From: Klebsormidium nitens
Taxonomy: Eukaryota > Plantae > Klebsormidiophyceae
Length of the DNA stretch: 64,000 bases
Direction: 5' to 3'
Assembly (NCBI GenBank): GCA_000708835.1
Contig: DF237229.1
Coordinates: 49,704 to 113,703 of the forward strand
Shown one piece after another: positions 22,295 to 35,106 of this stretch. Numbering within the stretch: the first letter of the stretch is position 1; each line of letters begins with the position of its first letter. The notes under the pieces were generated by a model. That model saw only the letters and a list, made by a program, of their open reading frames with translations, was not told the DNA's origin and made no database searches. A program made the position numbers and the translations under genes.

Positions 22295-24430
22295 GCAGTT
22301 GAGAAACTGGGTGACGATCAGTCAAGGAAATTTGAAGAAGGGAATACAGCTTTAGCAACCTTTCTATAAGCTAGTTCTGCAGATCATCGTAATAAGTTGT
22401 GAGGGGTTGAAGAAAAGCCCGGCTGTGGCCAGATGATGATTTTCGAATTCGGCCACAGTCTGCAAGGAGTCAGGTTGACGGTAGGAGTCAGGGATGTCGT
22501 GCACAAAGTCGGATGATGCCGCATCCTATACTAGTTGAATACTGTAGTGACCTAGTAGAAGAAGCAGAACTGTTACCAACCCACAGCGACGTACTACTAG
22601 GATCTCATTGACAAGAAGTGGTCGCTGTTCTGAACGCTAGGTCCACAAATCCACCTCAATGGTAGCCCATTTAGAACTCATCTAGAAGTAGTGCATTAGA
22701 AGTACGTAGTACAGATCTACAAGTAGTTTGCAGCTTGGATTGTGGTGTGGTGCCTCTCCATCTCTGCCGGGACGCACAGATCGCCAGCGTACGGTAGACT
22801 TTCCTGTATTCCTGGTTGTGTGATATGCAAGGACGTTTCGGTTTGGCATTCATCAGACGTTTATTGACGAAGCTCATACGGACTTCATGCAGATTTTAGC
22901 TAAGGCATATAGTGGCATGCAGGGTGCTGCATGATAAGTTTACGAGTGATTGGGCGAAGGATCAAGGCCAAAATTGAGATTGTGATTGCAAGATTGAGCA
23001 AACGTACGGTACTCTGACTTAAACATGATTTGTGCCATAGGAACTTAGCATCTATATGACACCTCGGTATGTCTCCCTAAAAGTTCGTCTTCAAGTGAAC
23101 CGGCGCCATATCAGAGACTTTGAGTCCACTGCTCATGAGCAGATGACATCATCATGCGTCTTGCGTGAGAAAGTGACGTACATGCAACAAATATTCTGGT
23201 CGGCGCGCCGGGCCGGCCGCTCGGCCAGGCCGGACTCACATGGCCGCTGTAGATGGACTATAGTCGATTCGAGTCATTGTTGTCGATCAGTCCAACATGG
23301 TGACTGATCAGCTATTGGAACCACTGAAGATCGATCGACGCTTTTACTGCCAATGAGTCGCGGATCAAACGCATACATCAGACCAGAAATCATGTGTGTA
23401 CATGTATGCATTATTCTACCGTGGCGGCATGCTTCAGACTTGCATGGCGCATGGTTGCGCTAGATGCATATGCATTCTTGACTCAATGCCCGGCCGACTA
23501 CTTTTAAGTTTGAACTATTTCAACAACCTACACATGATAAAGTTAGACTCGGAGAAGCGCCCACAGCTTGTTATCCGGTTATTTGTAAAGCAAGTCATGG
23601 TGTTAATACAGACGCAAGCGGGGCATACACTGACCGATGCCGTCGGTATATGCTGTCACTCGATCGCTGCCAAAAACTTGTGCGAAAACAGAGCCGATCC
23701 CTTATGACCGAGATAAGAGACTGTGGATAAGAAATCTAGGCCAGTAAGCTTGAATGATATTGCCCGACGGTTCACACATCACGCTCAAAAGCGTTCCTGC
23801 TGGTGGCGCGGCCTTGACGACAAGTCGTTTGTGACGTTTTCATTTTAAGCCTATCAAACAGATGGACCAAACAGGCCGGTCTAACAAGTTAATAAACAAG
23901 GCTCCATAATCTACCGCCAGTCCGGTGCCAGTCGAAAAGCTAATGCGAGCGTACCAAAAGTAGTCAGTTGATATCTACCGGTCCTATGCTACGATAATTC
24001 GTGATGACGAAAACTCAAACTTTGGATGGAAGCGGTACAAACCTGATTAGAATTACTTCTCAGTTTTTGGACTCGTAAATAAAACACACAACGAAGCGCC
24101 ACCAAGGTGTGCTCGACAACAGAATAAGCAGTAATCTCTTACTAGTCAAATACATCAGTGAATCTTGTACCTCTTCAAAACAAGATTGAAGCTCGCAAGC
24201 TTCGTATACGCCCTTTGCAGCAATCATCTTTCCCTCCTGACGGGACTGAATGTGGCTAAGGACCTTTCCGGGCTGGTGACAGCCTGCGATGGAACCAATA
24301 ACCGACCGGAAAACGGAACGACGGAGGACGGACCTGCACTCGCAAGAAGGCACAGAGATTGGGACGGCTTTGCTAAGTGTCCAGCTTTTTGAAATGCGAT
24401 GAAATGAGGTTTTAAACACGCGAGATTGCT

Positions 24431-27400
24431 TTACTGCTCTCGACTAAAGTGCGCAGCGTTTTGCAAGCTATTGTTCGGTTTGTGCGGAGACAGAACTGGT
24501 GTCGCTTTGAGCGTATATTTCTGGATCAGCTCTTCCACGAGTGCTCTGCTAGGGTGACGTCGAGGTTCAACTGGGTGAATAGAACTTTAGTGACAGTCCT
24601 AGCTCACGAAGTATCATCTTTTCAAATCGTTGCATTCGCACAAGCAAGAAGTGGTGACTTCACACCCAAAACGGAAAACACGTCGGAATCACTTATGGGG
24701 AAGCTTTCCACACCTGCTCGCTGCCTGAGGGGCGAAGGTGACCGCGGCGCAGGTGTGAACGGGCCCTTCCGCAGCCTGGGAGACATCGAAGTCGGGAATG
24801 GCTCGTAGGGCGCATTTTCATCGCCCTCTCCAAGCACGGACTCCGGACGGCCGTCGGGCGGTGAGAACAGGCGCCGCCTGGCGGGACTCATGGGTCGGGC
24901 TGCTCGGGGAGAGTCTGCACAAACAGTGAAAAACAGTTTGTTTCAACTTATTTCGTTCCTTAGATGTTTCAGCGGATTTTCGCTATCATGTGCGCTCGAT
25001 ACTTTGAGCAGAAGGCCTGCATGGGTATCCAATTGAACTTTATTTCGCAGCCGATGCAACTTCAAAATCTGCGAAGCTTCCAGGATCTTTATGGAGCTTT
25101 CCTGTAAAAGAGCAGACTCCTTTTTTCCACAAGAGCCGCACACTCATTGTTCGCTGCAACCCGCTGTCTACGCAGACAACGTTGTTGGCTCTTGCTTGAG
25201 GGTTGCAAAGAGTGTAAGGCCCGTCTCTCACCACAGCTACTCCAAGGGCTGTAAAGCGCGTTGCCACTTGCAACGTCACCACTCGGCTTATACCGACCAT
25301 TAGCCAACTTCGCGTGCCCAGGCTGAGGTCCCGACGATGATCCCTCTTGTCCAACTTTCGCCTCTCCTACTTCGCCCTCGGTTACCCCCTCGTCGGGACC
25401 CTGCGGCGCATCCAACCGCGCCCCTCGCTGTCCTTTGACACCGTCCGGCGGCACATCTCCGCTGATGTCAGCAGCTTCCCCGCTGACGACGCTGACGTCA
25501 GCGAGCGCCCGGCGCTCCAGGCTGGTGGCGCGGACGAAGATGCCGTGGTTCGCGGGGCACTCGAAGTACGTGACGCCCTGCCACGTGCCGTTGTGCTTGC
25601 CGGCGGGGACGCCGAGCTCGACGCCGACCCACTCCCCGGTTCCGAAGTGGGTTAGGCCCTTGAAGCGGACGAAGCCGGGCTGGTTTCGGTGGGCAACTAG
25701 AACGGGGTCGCCCACCTGGAGGTCGGTGGGCAGCAGTACCTGCAACAAATTGTAAAGCTTGGTCACTGTCGTTTGCAAAGGGGTAACTGGTCACAAGCAC
25801 CTGCATTGACAACCCTGTCACGGTAGCTTGAACCATCATCTCGTGAACTGCCAGGCTCGCGAAAAGAAGCGCCGAGCCGCTGAGTGGATCAATACTCATA
25901 CACCCCGGCATGCAAGTGATAACGAAATGCCTGCCTTCAAGGCGATGCGGTTGTTTCGGATAGTCGTCACTTCTCCTCTGACCACGTAGATGGCTTTGAC
26001 TCTGATCACCCAACAAATCTCAAACTTGCTCAAGCATCTGAAGTCCTCCAGTCCGTGCAGAGCCCCCCGGCTCACCTTGCTCCGTCCCTGGCTCCGGCGC
26101 AGCACTCGTTCTAGTTCCCCACCGATCCCTACCCCCGGAGATGCCCCCACCATTTTGCCGAGCGCCGCGCTTGCTTCCGCAACGGTCTTTAAGAGGGCCC
26201 CCAGCTCCTGGAAGCGCTCCTGGTTGTGCAATCGGCAGCAGCGACCCAGGATGTCCTCCAACTCGCTCACACGCGCGTTCAACGCTAGAGTATCGTCCGC
26301 CTGAGACAAGGACGAAAAGTCGGCCGACGGTCACCAGACGACGTAAGGAGAAGGGAGGGAAAGGGGCTTAAGAAAACCCACCAGGAGTTGGGCCTAAGGT
26401 GGCAAGAAGGAGGCGAAATGTGCGCTTCGGATTGCTCGAAGTGATTGGTGCAACGACTGAATATAGGAAATATCTGGTCGCACGCTGCAGGAAGCGGACA
26501 GGAATGGCAACACGAGAGACTGTTCACGAACAGACAGGCTTCCGGAGCTCCTTTCATTGCCATGAGGATTGTGCTCGGCGCGCACGAAAAGCAGTTGGTA
26601 AGTTCAGGAGCTGACGACACGACCGGCGCCAACGAAATATGCTTTCCAGCGACAGACTTCCTGTAGAAGGACAAGATCGGCAACTCGGTTCGTCGAAGCA
26701 ACACGGAGAGTGGAAAGAAACACTCCAAGAGAAGTAGGTAAAGTAGACAGTGACGAAGTCGGCTGCAACCGGCCTCCCTTGTCATGATGCGCAGACAAGA
26801 AGTCACCACGAATTCTCCAACGGTAGTCCGTAGCCGACATATCCAGAGTTACTAAACATTCTATCATAGGTTCGCTTCCTCACCGGTTGCCCTGCGAACT
26901 GACCCCCCGGCAGCCTCCCCGTCAGCGACTCCCGCAGAAGGTCCTCTGGGCTGGTGTCCACTTTCAGGGCGGCGAAGCCCCGCCTCTTCAACTCCGCCCG
27001 AGCCAGCGCCAGCGGACTCAGTTCCGGTGTCAAAGAACCGGCCCCAGCGCCCACTTCAGAACTCGACACTCTCGCTAGAACCGAGGCCTTGTTCGCTCCT
27101 CCTCCTGTGGGCGATTTTGGCAACTTGTTCTTTTGAGAGGGAGTGGAAAGAAGGCCGAGGCGAGGAGAGGGCTGCGCTGAAGAGGGTTTGGAAGAGGGTT
27201 TGGGGGAGAGTTTGTGAGAGGGTTTGGGAGAGGGTTTCGGAGAGGGTCTGCCCCACACTCCAGGACTTCTGGGCGTAGGAGTGTTGGGCATAGAGTTTGG
27301 CCGCGACCTGAGCGGGCTCGAGGCTCGGGCATTTTGACGGGGGCTTTTGGCTACCAAGGGCTTATTTACACTAGGGGCTGTAAGATTCGGCTTGCTGGGG

Positions 27401-30400
27401 GTCTTCGGGCTGGCACTGATGTTGCTGGGAATTGACGACTTTGGAGAGGATTTGACGATCGCCGGTTTTGTCCGGGGTGTTGAACCGGGGGTTGCCAAGC
27501 CGGTTAACGTAACCCCGGAAGGGCTGGCCGGTTTCTTGTTGGCTGCTGCGCTGGACTTTGGCGTGGAGGCTTCTGGCACCGTCCCCTTTGGCAAGGCCTT
27601 TGGAATTTTGCTAGGAGGGGTTGGCTCTGCTTTGGTGGTGTTGCATCGCGGTGAGAACGCCTTCCGAACAAGCCCACTTGACAAGGGACTTGTTGTCTCT
27701 GATGGAGATTGGCCACCTGCAAACGAACATTCTCGATTTGGGTGAAGGACGAAGAGCCTGAAATCCACGAGATAAGCCGGAGCGTCTGGTCTGCAGAGAT
27801 GCAGGCTCTTGCAGCTTGCACATAACTGATGTATGACTTCCAACAAGCAATTGCTACAGAAGCACTGTGCACCGAATTGCTTATCGAAAAGATATATCGA
27901 GTCGGTGGAAAATGCGCCTGCAGCTGTGGGTCATCCCAGTTCGAAAGTTTAGCATGTTGATACCGGAATTAGATTGCCAACCCCAAACCGATGACGAACA
28001 AGCGGCAACCCGGAAGTTGCATCTGTCACAAGAAGAAGAGTCCATCACAGAGACGGACCAGCTGATATGCACACAACTCAGATTTACGTTTTCCGGAAGC
28101 AAGTTTCTTGACCGTCGCGGCCCCCTTTGCCACCGTGCTTCTGTCCGCTTGCTTTCTCACGGGCCCCTCTAGTCCAGCCTGCTCTCGTATCGTTCCCAGC
28201 ACCGCCGGCTTGCTTTGCCGCCCCATCCCTAGTTCCTCCCACCCCGCCGCTTTCCTTTCCCCACCACTGTTGGGATTCTGCAAACCGTTCCTCGCTGCGG
28301 CAAAGTTGAACCGCCTCTCGCCTGCTTCCCGCCTCTCCCCCGTGGCCGTCAGTCCGTTCCTCTTCGTACCTGGAATCGTGCCACGTGTCAGCCCCGCAGT
28401 TGTTGAACTGGCCGCCGTCTGCGGCCTTCCGGGCACGGTGGCTGACGTCATTCTGTTTGCAGCGGCCAAAGTGCTCTTTGGCGGCGCTGAGGTGGGGCGC
28501 TTTGACAGGGACCCCTCGGACGGTTTCGAAGGTTTGGGTTCGGTCAGCGGGGTTTGGCGCTTAACCGGGGTTTTCAGGGTCGATGTTGGAGAAAGCCCCC
28601 AGGGGACCCGGTTCTGTTTGGGCGTGACCAGGGGAGTTCTGGGGCTGGGCTGTGAGGGCGTGCTGGAGGCAGAACTAATCGAACTCGCTTTAGAAGGCGT
28701 CCGCGCTTGCGCACTGGGGACCCCTAAGGCGGCAACCCGTTTCTGAAACGCGCGCTGCTTGACAACTGACGACTCTATCCCGTCCTGCTGCAACGCGGGT
28801 GACGCTCCGCTCCGTCTAACAGTGAGCTCTCTACGAGCCGTTTGCACGCTGTCGCTGTCCTGCCTGAATGCTGACGTCATGCTGTCATCACCGGCAACAC
28901 TGCTGGCTGCGACTACTGAGGGCGGTCCTGGCTGTCTGTTAGCGCTGTTTGCGGCTGTCTGTGCTGCAGCGCGGCGGTCCAGACTGTCTGTTACAGCCCC
29001 TTGTGACGTCACATCAGCGTCGGGGCTGTCCGATTCTAGTACATGTCTACTCTCGGTCATCCGCGAAGTCCCCCCCGGGACTAGCCTGTCCTGTTGCGCA
29101 GTGCTGTCAATTGCCGATTTGACTTCTCGCTCTGTGAGGTCCCCTACCTCTGATTCAGTTGGAAAGTCGCCTACTTCTGATTTCGTAGCAAAGCGACCAT
29201 CCCCCCCCATCCACATGCCGTCCTTCGAAGCCAGGGCATCCAATTGCTCAACCCTAGCAGCGGCGAATTGCTGCCCGGCAGTCACAGCCCCCGTTCCTGA
29301 TCCACCTCCCAAAGTCTCTTTTCGAAGCCCAACCTCTTCACCCGGCTCAGCTTCTACCTCCGCAAAGGCCGCCCCCCGTTTGCTGCCAATCACGACCTGC
29401 GGTGAAGCAGAGGGCTCCGGCCCAAACCCGTCCACGCTTCCGCTCTTCCGGACAACGCCGTCCGCCGAGTTTCTCAAAAGCGAGGCCCCGAGACTCTCCC
29501 CGTTCCGCACCAGACTCTCCGCGGACTTCCGGAGCGCGGCTCTCGCCAAGTCGTCGCTCCGGCGCGGCTCGTCAGTGTGAATCGGCTCCTGAGAGGCTTC
29601 ATCAGTGAGAATGGACCCTTCGGAGGTGGGCTCGACTGGCGTGTCTTGGTGTATGATCTCCGAGAAGATTTGCTCATGTGGGATGGGAAGAGGCGCTTCA
29701 GGAACGGCCTGTAGCGCATTGAGGCGCTGCCGGCAGGCGGCGACGTGCGGGGCTAAGTATGGGTGCTCGAGCAAATCGTCCACCTGCGGAGAAATTGATG
29801 GCGGTTCAGAAACGCTCGGCTCGGGACTCGCAAGTCGAATCCATCTTTTTTTGGCCGCAAGTACTGCGTGAGACTAGAGCAGAGAATGAGGAGACCCGAA
29901 GATGAGCTGCCTTGTCTCGTCTGCTGGTGTCTGCAAACTATTGGGCCTGTCCTCGGAAGCTATCCACGATCCAAGAGAGCGTATATCAGGGTTCGGACTT
30001 TCTTGTTCGGGCCCATACCGTCCGTGGTAACACGTGAGTGTCTTTGACAAAGCAAAGTATCAGCGCTACGCGCTACACAGACGTCAAATGTAAACCCCGC
30101 AGGTGTTCAAAGGGCGTCAACAAGTTCGAGCAAGCGCACTATCGTTTTCAAGAATGTTGGAAATGGAGGCAGATTTCGACTTGCGGAGGGGGTTCTCAAA
30201 TCCTGGTGAGGGGTTGTCGCCTGCGCTTCACAGAACTTCCCTCTATGTTCTCACTTGACGACGAAGTTACGTACCTACATGTCAAGCATTTCAAACAGCA
30301 GAAAGAGCGAAACAAGTATGCCCAGACTCGTCAGACCGGGTCTCCGAGGTCTTCGAGCCTGCGGTTCCCAGACAAGCGTACAAAAATCGAAAGCAAACGC

Positions 30401-32600
30401 TTCAGGGTAATAGTGGCATCCAAGCCAAACTTTCTAGAGCGTCAAGGAGCGCCGACTCTCGGGACCTACCGAGGGCCGTTGCTCGGGAATCTTCCGCAGC
30501 ATGCTCTTGATGACCGCTTTCCAGTCTGCGGAGTACTCGGACGGGAGCGGCGGCAGGGTGCCCTTCGTAATCTTCTGGATCAGCCCCTGTAGAGCCACGC
30601 CGACCAGAGGATCAGCGGTGGAAAAGCATCGCGAGGGAGCATGGTACGCATGCGCAACAGATTAGTATGTCTCGAGCCGGAATCAATCGACTTATGGAAG
30701 GGTTCTGTAATCACGACTGACCGGAGCTTGTAGCAGCAGCGTCGTGTCCATCCAATGATAGTCCAGATCAATACCTTGATTGGTGATAGGCGGTCGCATG
30801 TGGATGCTATGCGCACCAAAGCTGGCAGCAACGGAGAAACAGTCCTCAACCACGTTCTAAAAACTACTCACAGGACCCCCGAACAGAATCGACAGTCCTT
30901 TTTTTGAAGCTTTACAATGGAGGCCTTGAAGGACGCTGCAATCATGCAGGAGCAAAACCCTACCTGACTGCATAACATATGACAAATCTACCCTAGGCGC
31001 CTAGGCTTTGCTTAAGTGCCACGGCCGCTGACCTGCATGTCGAAGGCCTTGAAGGGCGGGCGGTGCCCCGTGAGCTCGTACATGCAGCAGCCGAGGCTCC
31101 AGACGTCGCTCTTGAAGCCGTACGGCTGGTCCGCCAGCAGCTCCGGGCACATGTAGTTGGGCGTGCCCACCACACTAGTTGTCAGCTGGTTTTCCTCGAG
31201 CACGCGCGCCAGCCCGAAATCGCCGATGCGGACGTCGCCGTCGCGCGTGAGAAACAGGTTCGAGCACTGCGGAAAGGGGTTGGAATTGGCGGTGCGTGGG
31301 TGAATGAAGGCGGACTTGACTACTGCACTTCTCATGAACAGGTGCAGAGTGAGAGCGAGTGTCGATGACTGGATGTGGGTCTCCGAAATGGTATCCTGTA
31401 CTCGAATCTGCAAGACCAGATTTGAGCATTGCAAGAGCCAGAAACATTGACTATAAACGACAAGGACCCAATAGTTGCAAGGGTTTTTGTTTCAATCTGC
31501 CCTCCTCCTGTCTGGCTTCAGCATTGTTTTCCAATTTAAATATTTCGTTCAGGAAACGATGAAAGCCTCAATCGAAGCGGGCAAACTTCAATTACAGCCT
31601 CCACCATTCAGGGACCAGAAGCGGCTCTGACAAAGCTGACAGAAAAGCTGCGTCAGCAGTCAGATTCTCAAAGCCCCAAAAGCTCGTCATCAGCAGAACA
31701 CAGCTAACCGCCCCGTCACTTGAACTCGGCCAACCAGGATCTTTACCTTGAGGTCTCTGTGCAGGACTTTGTGCGCATGCAGGTATTGCAGCGCCAGTAG
31801 AATCTGGACGAACCACTTGATCAGCCGGCCTTCCGAGAACAGGCGCCCATCCGCGCGCCGCAGCAGGTCTGCTACGTCGCCCCCCTCGCAGTAGCCGGTG
31901 ACGATGCACACGTAGACCCCCTTCTCGACCCAGCAGTCGCGGCAGCTGACCACGTGGGGGTGGTCCAGGCTGGACAGCAGCCGCATCTCCTGGTACGCAG
32001 ACCTGGCGACAGGAGTGAAAACGGATGATTCTCGGTCAGGGGGGCAGGAAAAGATTTTGGAGAATGAGAAGAGCAAGAAGGCTTTCCAGGTAGGCAAAGG
32101 CGTATGCGACTTGGAACGCTGACGCACTTCATCAGGTGGTCCGCATGAAGTGTTGTACCAGTTCATCCTCGTGACAGTCCTATTTGCAGAGGTCCTTAGC
32201 GCCGCGACGCGCAACTTGTATGATGAGTGACTTAGACTTGCCTGGGGACTCATTGCGTCACTCGTCAGCCCTCACTTTTCAACACGCTTGAATGTACGGG
32301 CAGGTTGTGACATCCAGTCAAGCCTGGACGCTTTACATAACTTTACGTATCATGCTGTGATGAATAGTACTTAAAGCATCACGGGGTCTGTCATCGATCG
32401 AGCCCTCACCTTTTAGCGCGCTCCGATGCGCGGGCGAGGCGGATCTTCTTCATGACGTACTTGCAGCGCTCCTGCCGGTGAATAACTAGAATGGCGGCAC
32501 CAAACGCCCCCTTCCCCACCTGCTCCAGCACGTCATACTGGTCTATCCGCGACTCGCCCTTCCCCGTATCCTGCTTGGGTCCACTGCTAGCAGAAGCCAT
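24431..32600 (-). CDS. NEK: NIMA-related kinase (plant NEK type) with a long Ser/Pro/basic tail, the plant-NEK C-terminal motif and a CAP-Gly domain; about 10 exons
   Basis: Kinase motifs: [20 protein letters not shown]|[30 protein letters not shown]. Then [30 protein letters not shown] (26300-26076), then exon 25739-25298 with GFVRFKG...[32 protein letters not shown]. Junction phases match along the whole model; the last two exons (from 24914 and near 24570-24431) are less certain. Confidence 0.9.
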
Positions 32601-33915
32601 GGCTCCTGACTTGACTGCCTACCCTCAACTGGTCTTGGCAACTAGGCAGTCAAGCGCCTGCTTCTGTGTCAACCCGAGGTTGGATGCTTTGGAGCCAGGC
32701 ATGATCGGCACCTTGCGCTCAAGTTCCAACCTCATTCTAATGCAAATGAAGAATCCCGCAGCGACAGGTGATCTAGAGACTTTACCTAGAGTGGCTCCCT
32801 GATAAGCTTGTTTCAATAACTGGCTCGGCAGTTGTCTGGCACTTTCTCAAGAACTAGACATTACCCCCAAGTAGTAAGCCAATCTTTCGTTTCTCATATG
32901 AGACCCTCTGATCTATCCTATGTCATGGCTACCTGGTCACCTCAGCCCAGTTTGATGAGTGCTTCGAGCTGCATTGGCCCACATTACTGTCATAGGGCTT
33001 TGTCAACCTGCAAAGACCAAGAAAATGTTGGATTCTCTGAAAATCGATGGCTTACACGCGACGTTGATGCAAATGACAAGGATGGCAGTCTGCAATAAGA
33101 GCGCCCGACTTTGTGCCTGCAGGAGCTCAAGATCCGGCTGTTGCAACGGCTGCAAAATCAAGTATTTTCACTGACCTTCCAGGCTGCGCATCCATGTTCT
33201 TTCAAAGCACTAGCGCCAAACATTACTGCCCATTGCTATTTACCAACTCTTTGCTGAAACTGAACAAGCATCTGCACCAGCATGGTCAAAGTGCAAGCAT
33301 TTTCACTTTTATGTATAAATCTTCCAGGTTGAGGGGGCCAAATACGAAAGGCAGCGCTTCAACAATCCGCCTAGATCCAATGCAGTCAGCTCAGACTAGA
33401 GCGAAGATCACCAAACAGGGGGAATGCGGGCCATGTCTGAACCTTTTGCTGCACCTACCAATCTCGCTTATTCGGACGGTGGCGCAATGCCAATGCTTCC
33501 ACTTCCACTAGGTCGTACCCACATTAACCCCTCAATGATGGAAAAAGCCTGGGAAATCGTACACATGTGTCCCGCCTTACCTCAAAATAAAGTCTCCAAT
33601 GCTGATCAGCTGCAACTCCCCTCCGCCAGGCGACTTTTCTAAGTCCTAGTCCGTCCATTGCCCCCCCATGGGCCCGGGATCACACTGAGATCAGGAGGGG
33701 GGACGGAAACTTGCACATGACTCATTGGCATTGTGCAAGGGGGAGACCTTGTCGCGTGGGCCGCTAGCTGCTGCCTGACTTTTAGGGTTTGCACCGCGGA
33801 TAACAAGCTGTGAACCGATCGGTCCCCCTGCGGGGGACCGTAGCTTGCCTGTGAAATCCGGTATCGTGAATCTGGGTTAACGCGAATTACTGTAACTTAC
33901 ATTTCCGAACCCTAT

Positions 33916-34046
33916 TTACAGCTTCTTCCGAGCAACCTGCCAGTTTTAGTGAAATTTTTAGACTAACTTAGTCAGTCTGTTGTTGAGTGAGATTAGTCTA
34001 AAATAGATGACACTAAAACTGGCCGGTTGATCGGGCGAAGCTGTAA
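33916..34046. other. 131-nt imperfect fold-back (hairpin) in the NEK / glycosyltransferase divergent intergenic region
   Basis: TTACAGCTTC pairs with GAAGCTGTAA, GCCAGTTTTAGTG with CACTAAAACTGGC, and TTTTAGACTAA with TTAGTCTAAAA; about 45-50 paired positions. Confidence 0.75.
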
Positions 34047-35106
34047 CCGTATGTGATACCTATGCTGAGTCAAAAATGATCGACTGAGTCGTTACGAAGA
34101 TGGGGCGGTGCCAACACTAGTGATCGGCCAGGGTTAGCGGTGCATGGCAGAGTCGGAAATCCCGAACGGATCATCACTTGTTCCTCCGCCGGCCGCCTGC
34201 ATGCGGGGCCCATGCACCTGCCTTTGTGTGGTATCGAAATTTGGGCCGTCCGATGACTGCCTTGTCGTCAATCGCACCGTGACAGTCTAAAGTTGCGCGC
34301 AGCGGTTTGCGGCCCGGCGCCCCACGCCGTCACGGTGAAGCGGCTCGCCCAGCTCTCCCGGGCAAATTTTCCTGCTGACCAACCTTCTTCCGATAACCTA
34401 ACCGATCGTAACCCCGCATACTATCAAAGATGCCCATCAACACTAACCCCGATAAGTAACCCAGATATACCAGCTAACGAAGCAGGTGAACCCACCGAAG
34501 CACGTCAATATAGTCTGGCGGTCCCAGACTGCTCCGGATATTGCGGAACTCGGCCCGCAAAGTGCGGAGCGTCAGGAGCTTTTTTCCGACATACAAAAAA
34601 GTGCCATGCATGTCGCGCCGCGCGCGACCGCAAATCGACCAAGCCCGACCAAGACGAATGGCACTACATGCTACGCATCGAAATTCGGCTAAGCGAACGG
34701 CCAGTCCAAAATCGTAGGCTGATGCGGCTGGTCGAACTTTTGTCAGTTACCAAAGGCTATAGGTTGCCTTTGAAAAGGCAAGCCAATATACAGGATAGCG
34801 GAAAGTGACCGGAAATCCACCTGGGCACTCCTGATCCGCTGCGCTACAGGGGCGATTCCGGTCACCAAAAGCTGTGCAGCGGAGATGGACAAGTTAGTCC
34901 TAAAGGGAGAGATCAGATCCCAGGCAAAATGCACCACACACACCGCCGCATTGCACACCAGGGCGCTGGGAATGGCAGTGATTGGCAGTGAAGGCCGCAA
35001 TGGAAGATGATCTATGAAGGATCCAGAGGTCTGTTAATGCTCCATAGACATCTGCACCGTCTGAGTCATTGGTGCGCAGCGGAATGTGGCGGCTGCGTGA
35101 GGCGCT

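Noticed and set aside
28108-29580. Long + strand ORFs (212 aa and 273 aa)
   Set aside because: Antisense shadows of the GC-rich, low-complexity NEK exon.
33775-33795. AAACCCTAAAA on the minus strand as a telomerase RNA template
   Set aside because: No USE/TATA Pol III promoter was recognisable upstream, and similar words occur elsewhere (~6228, ~19168), so a telo-box-like or chance match is more likely.
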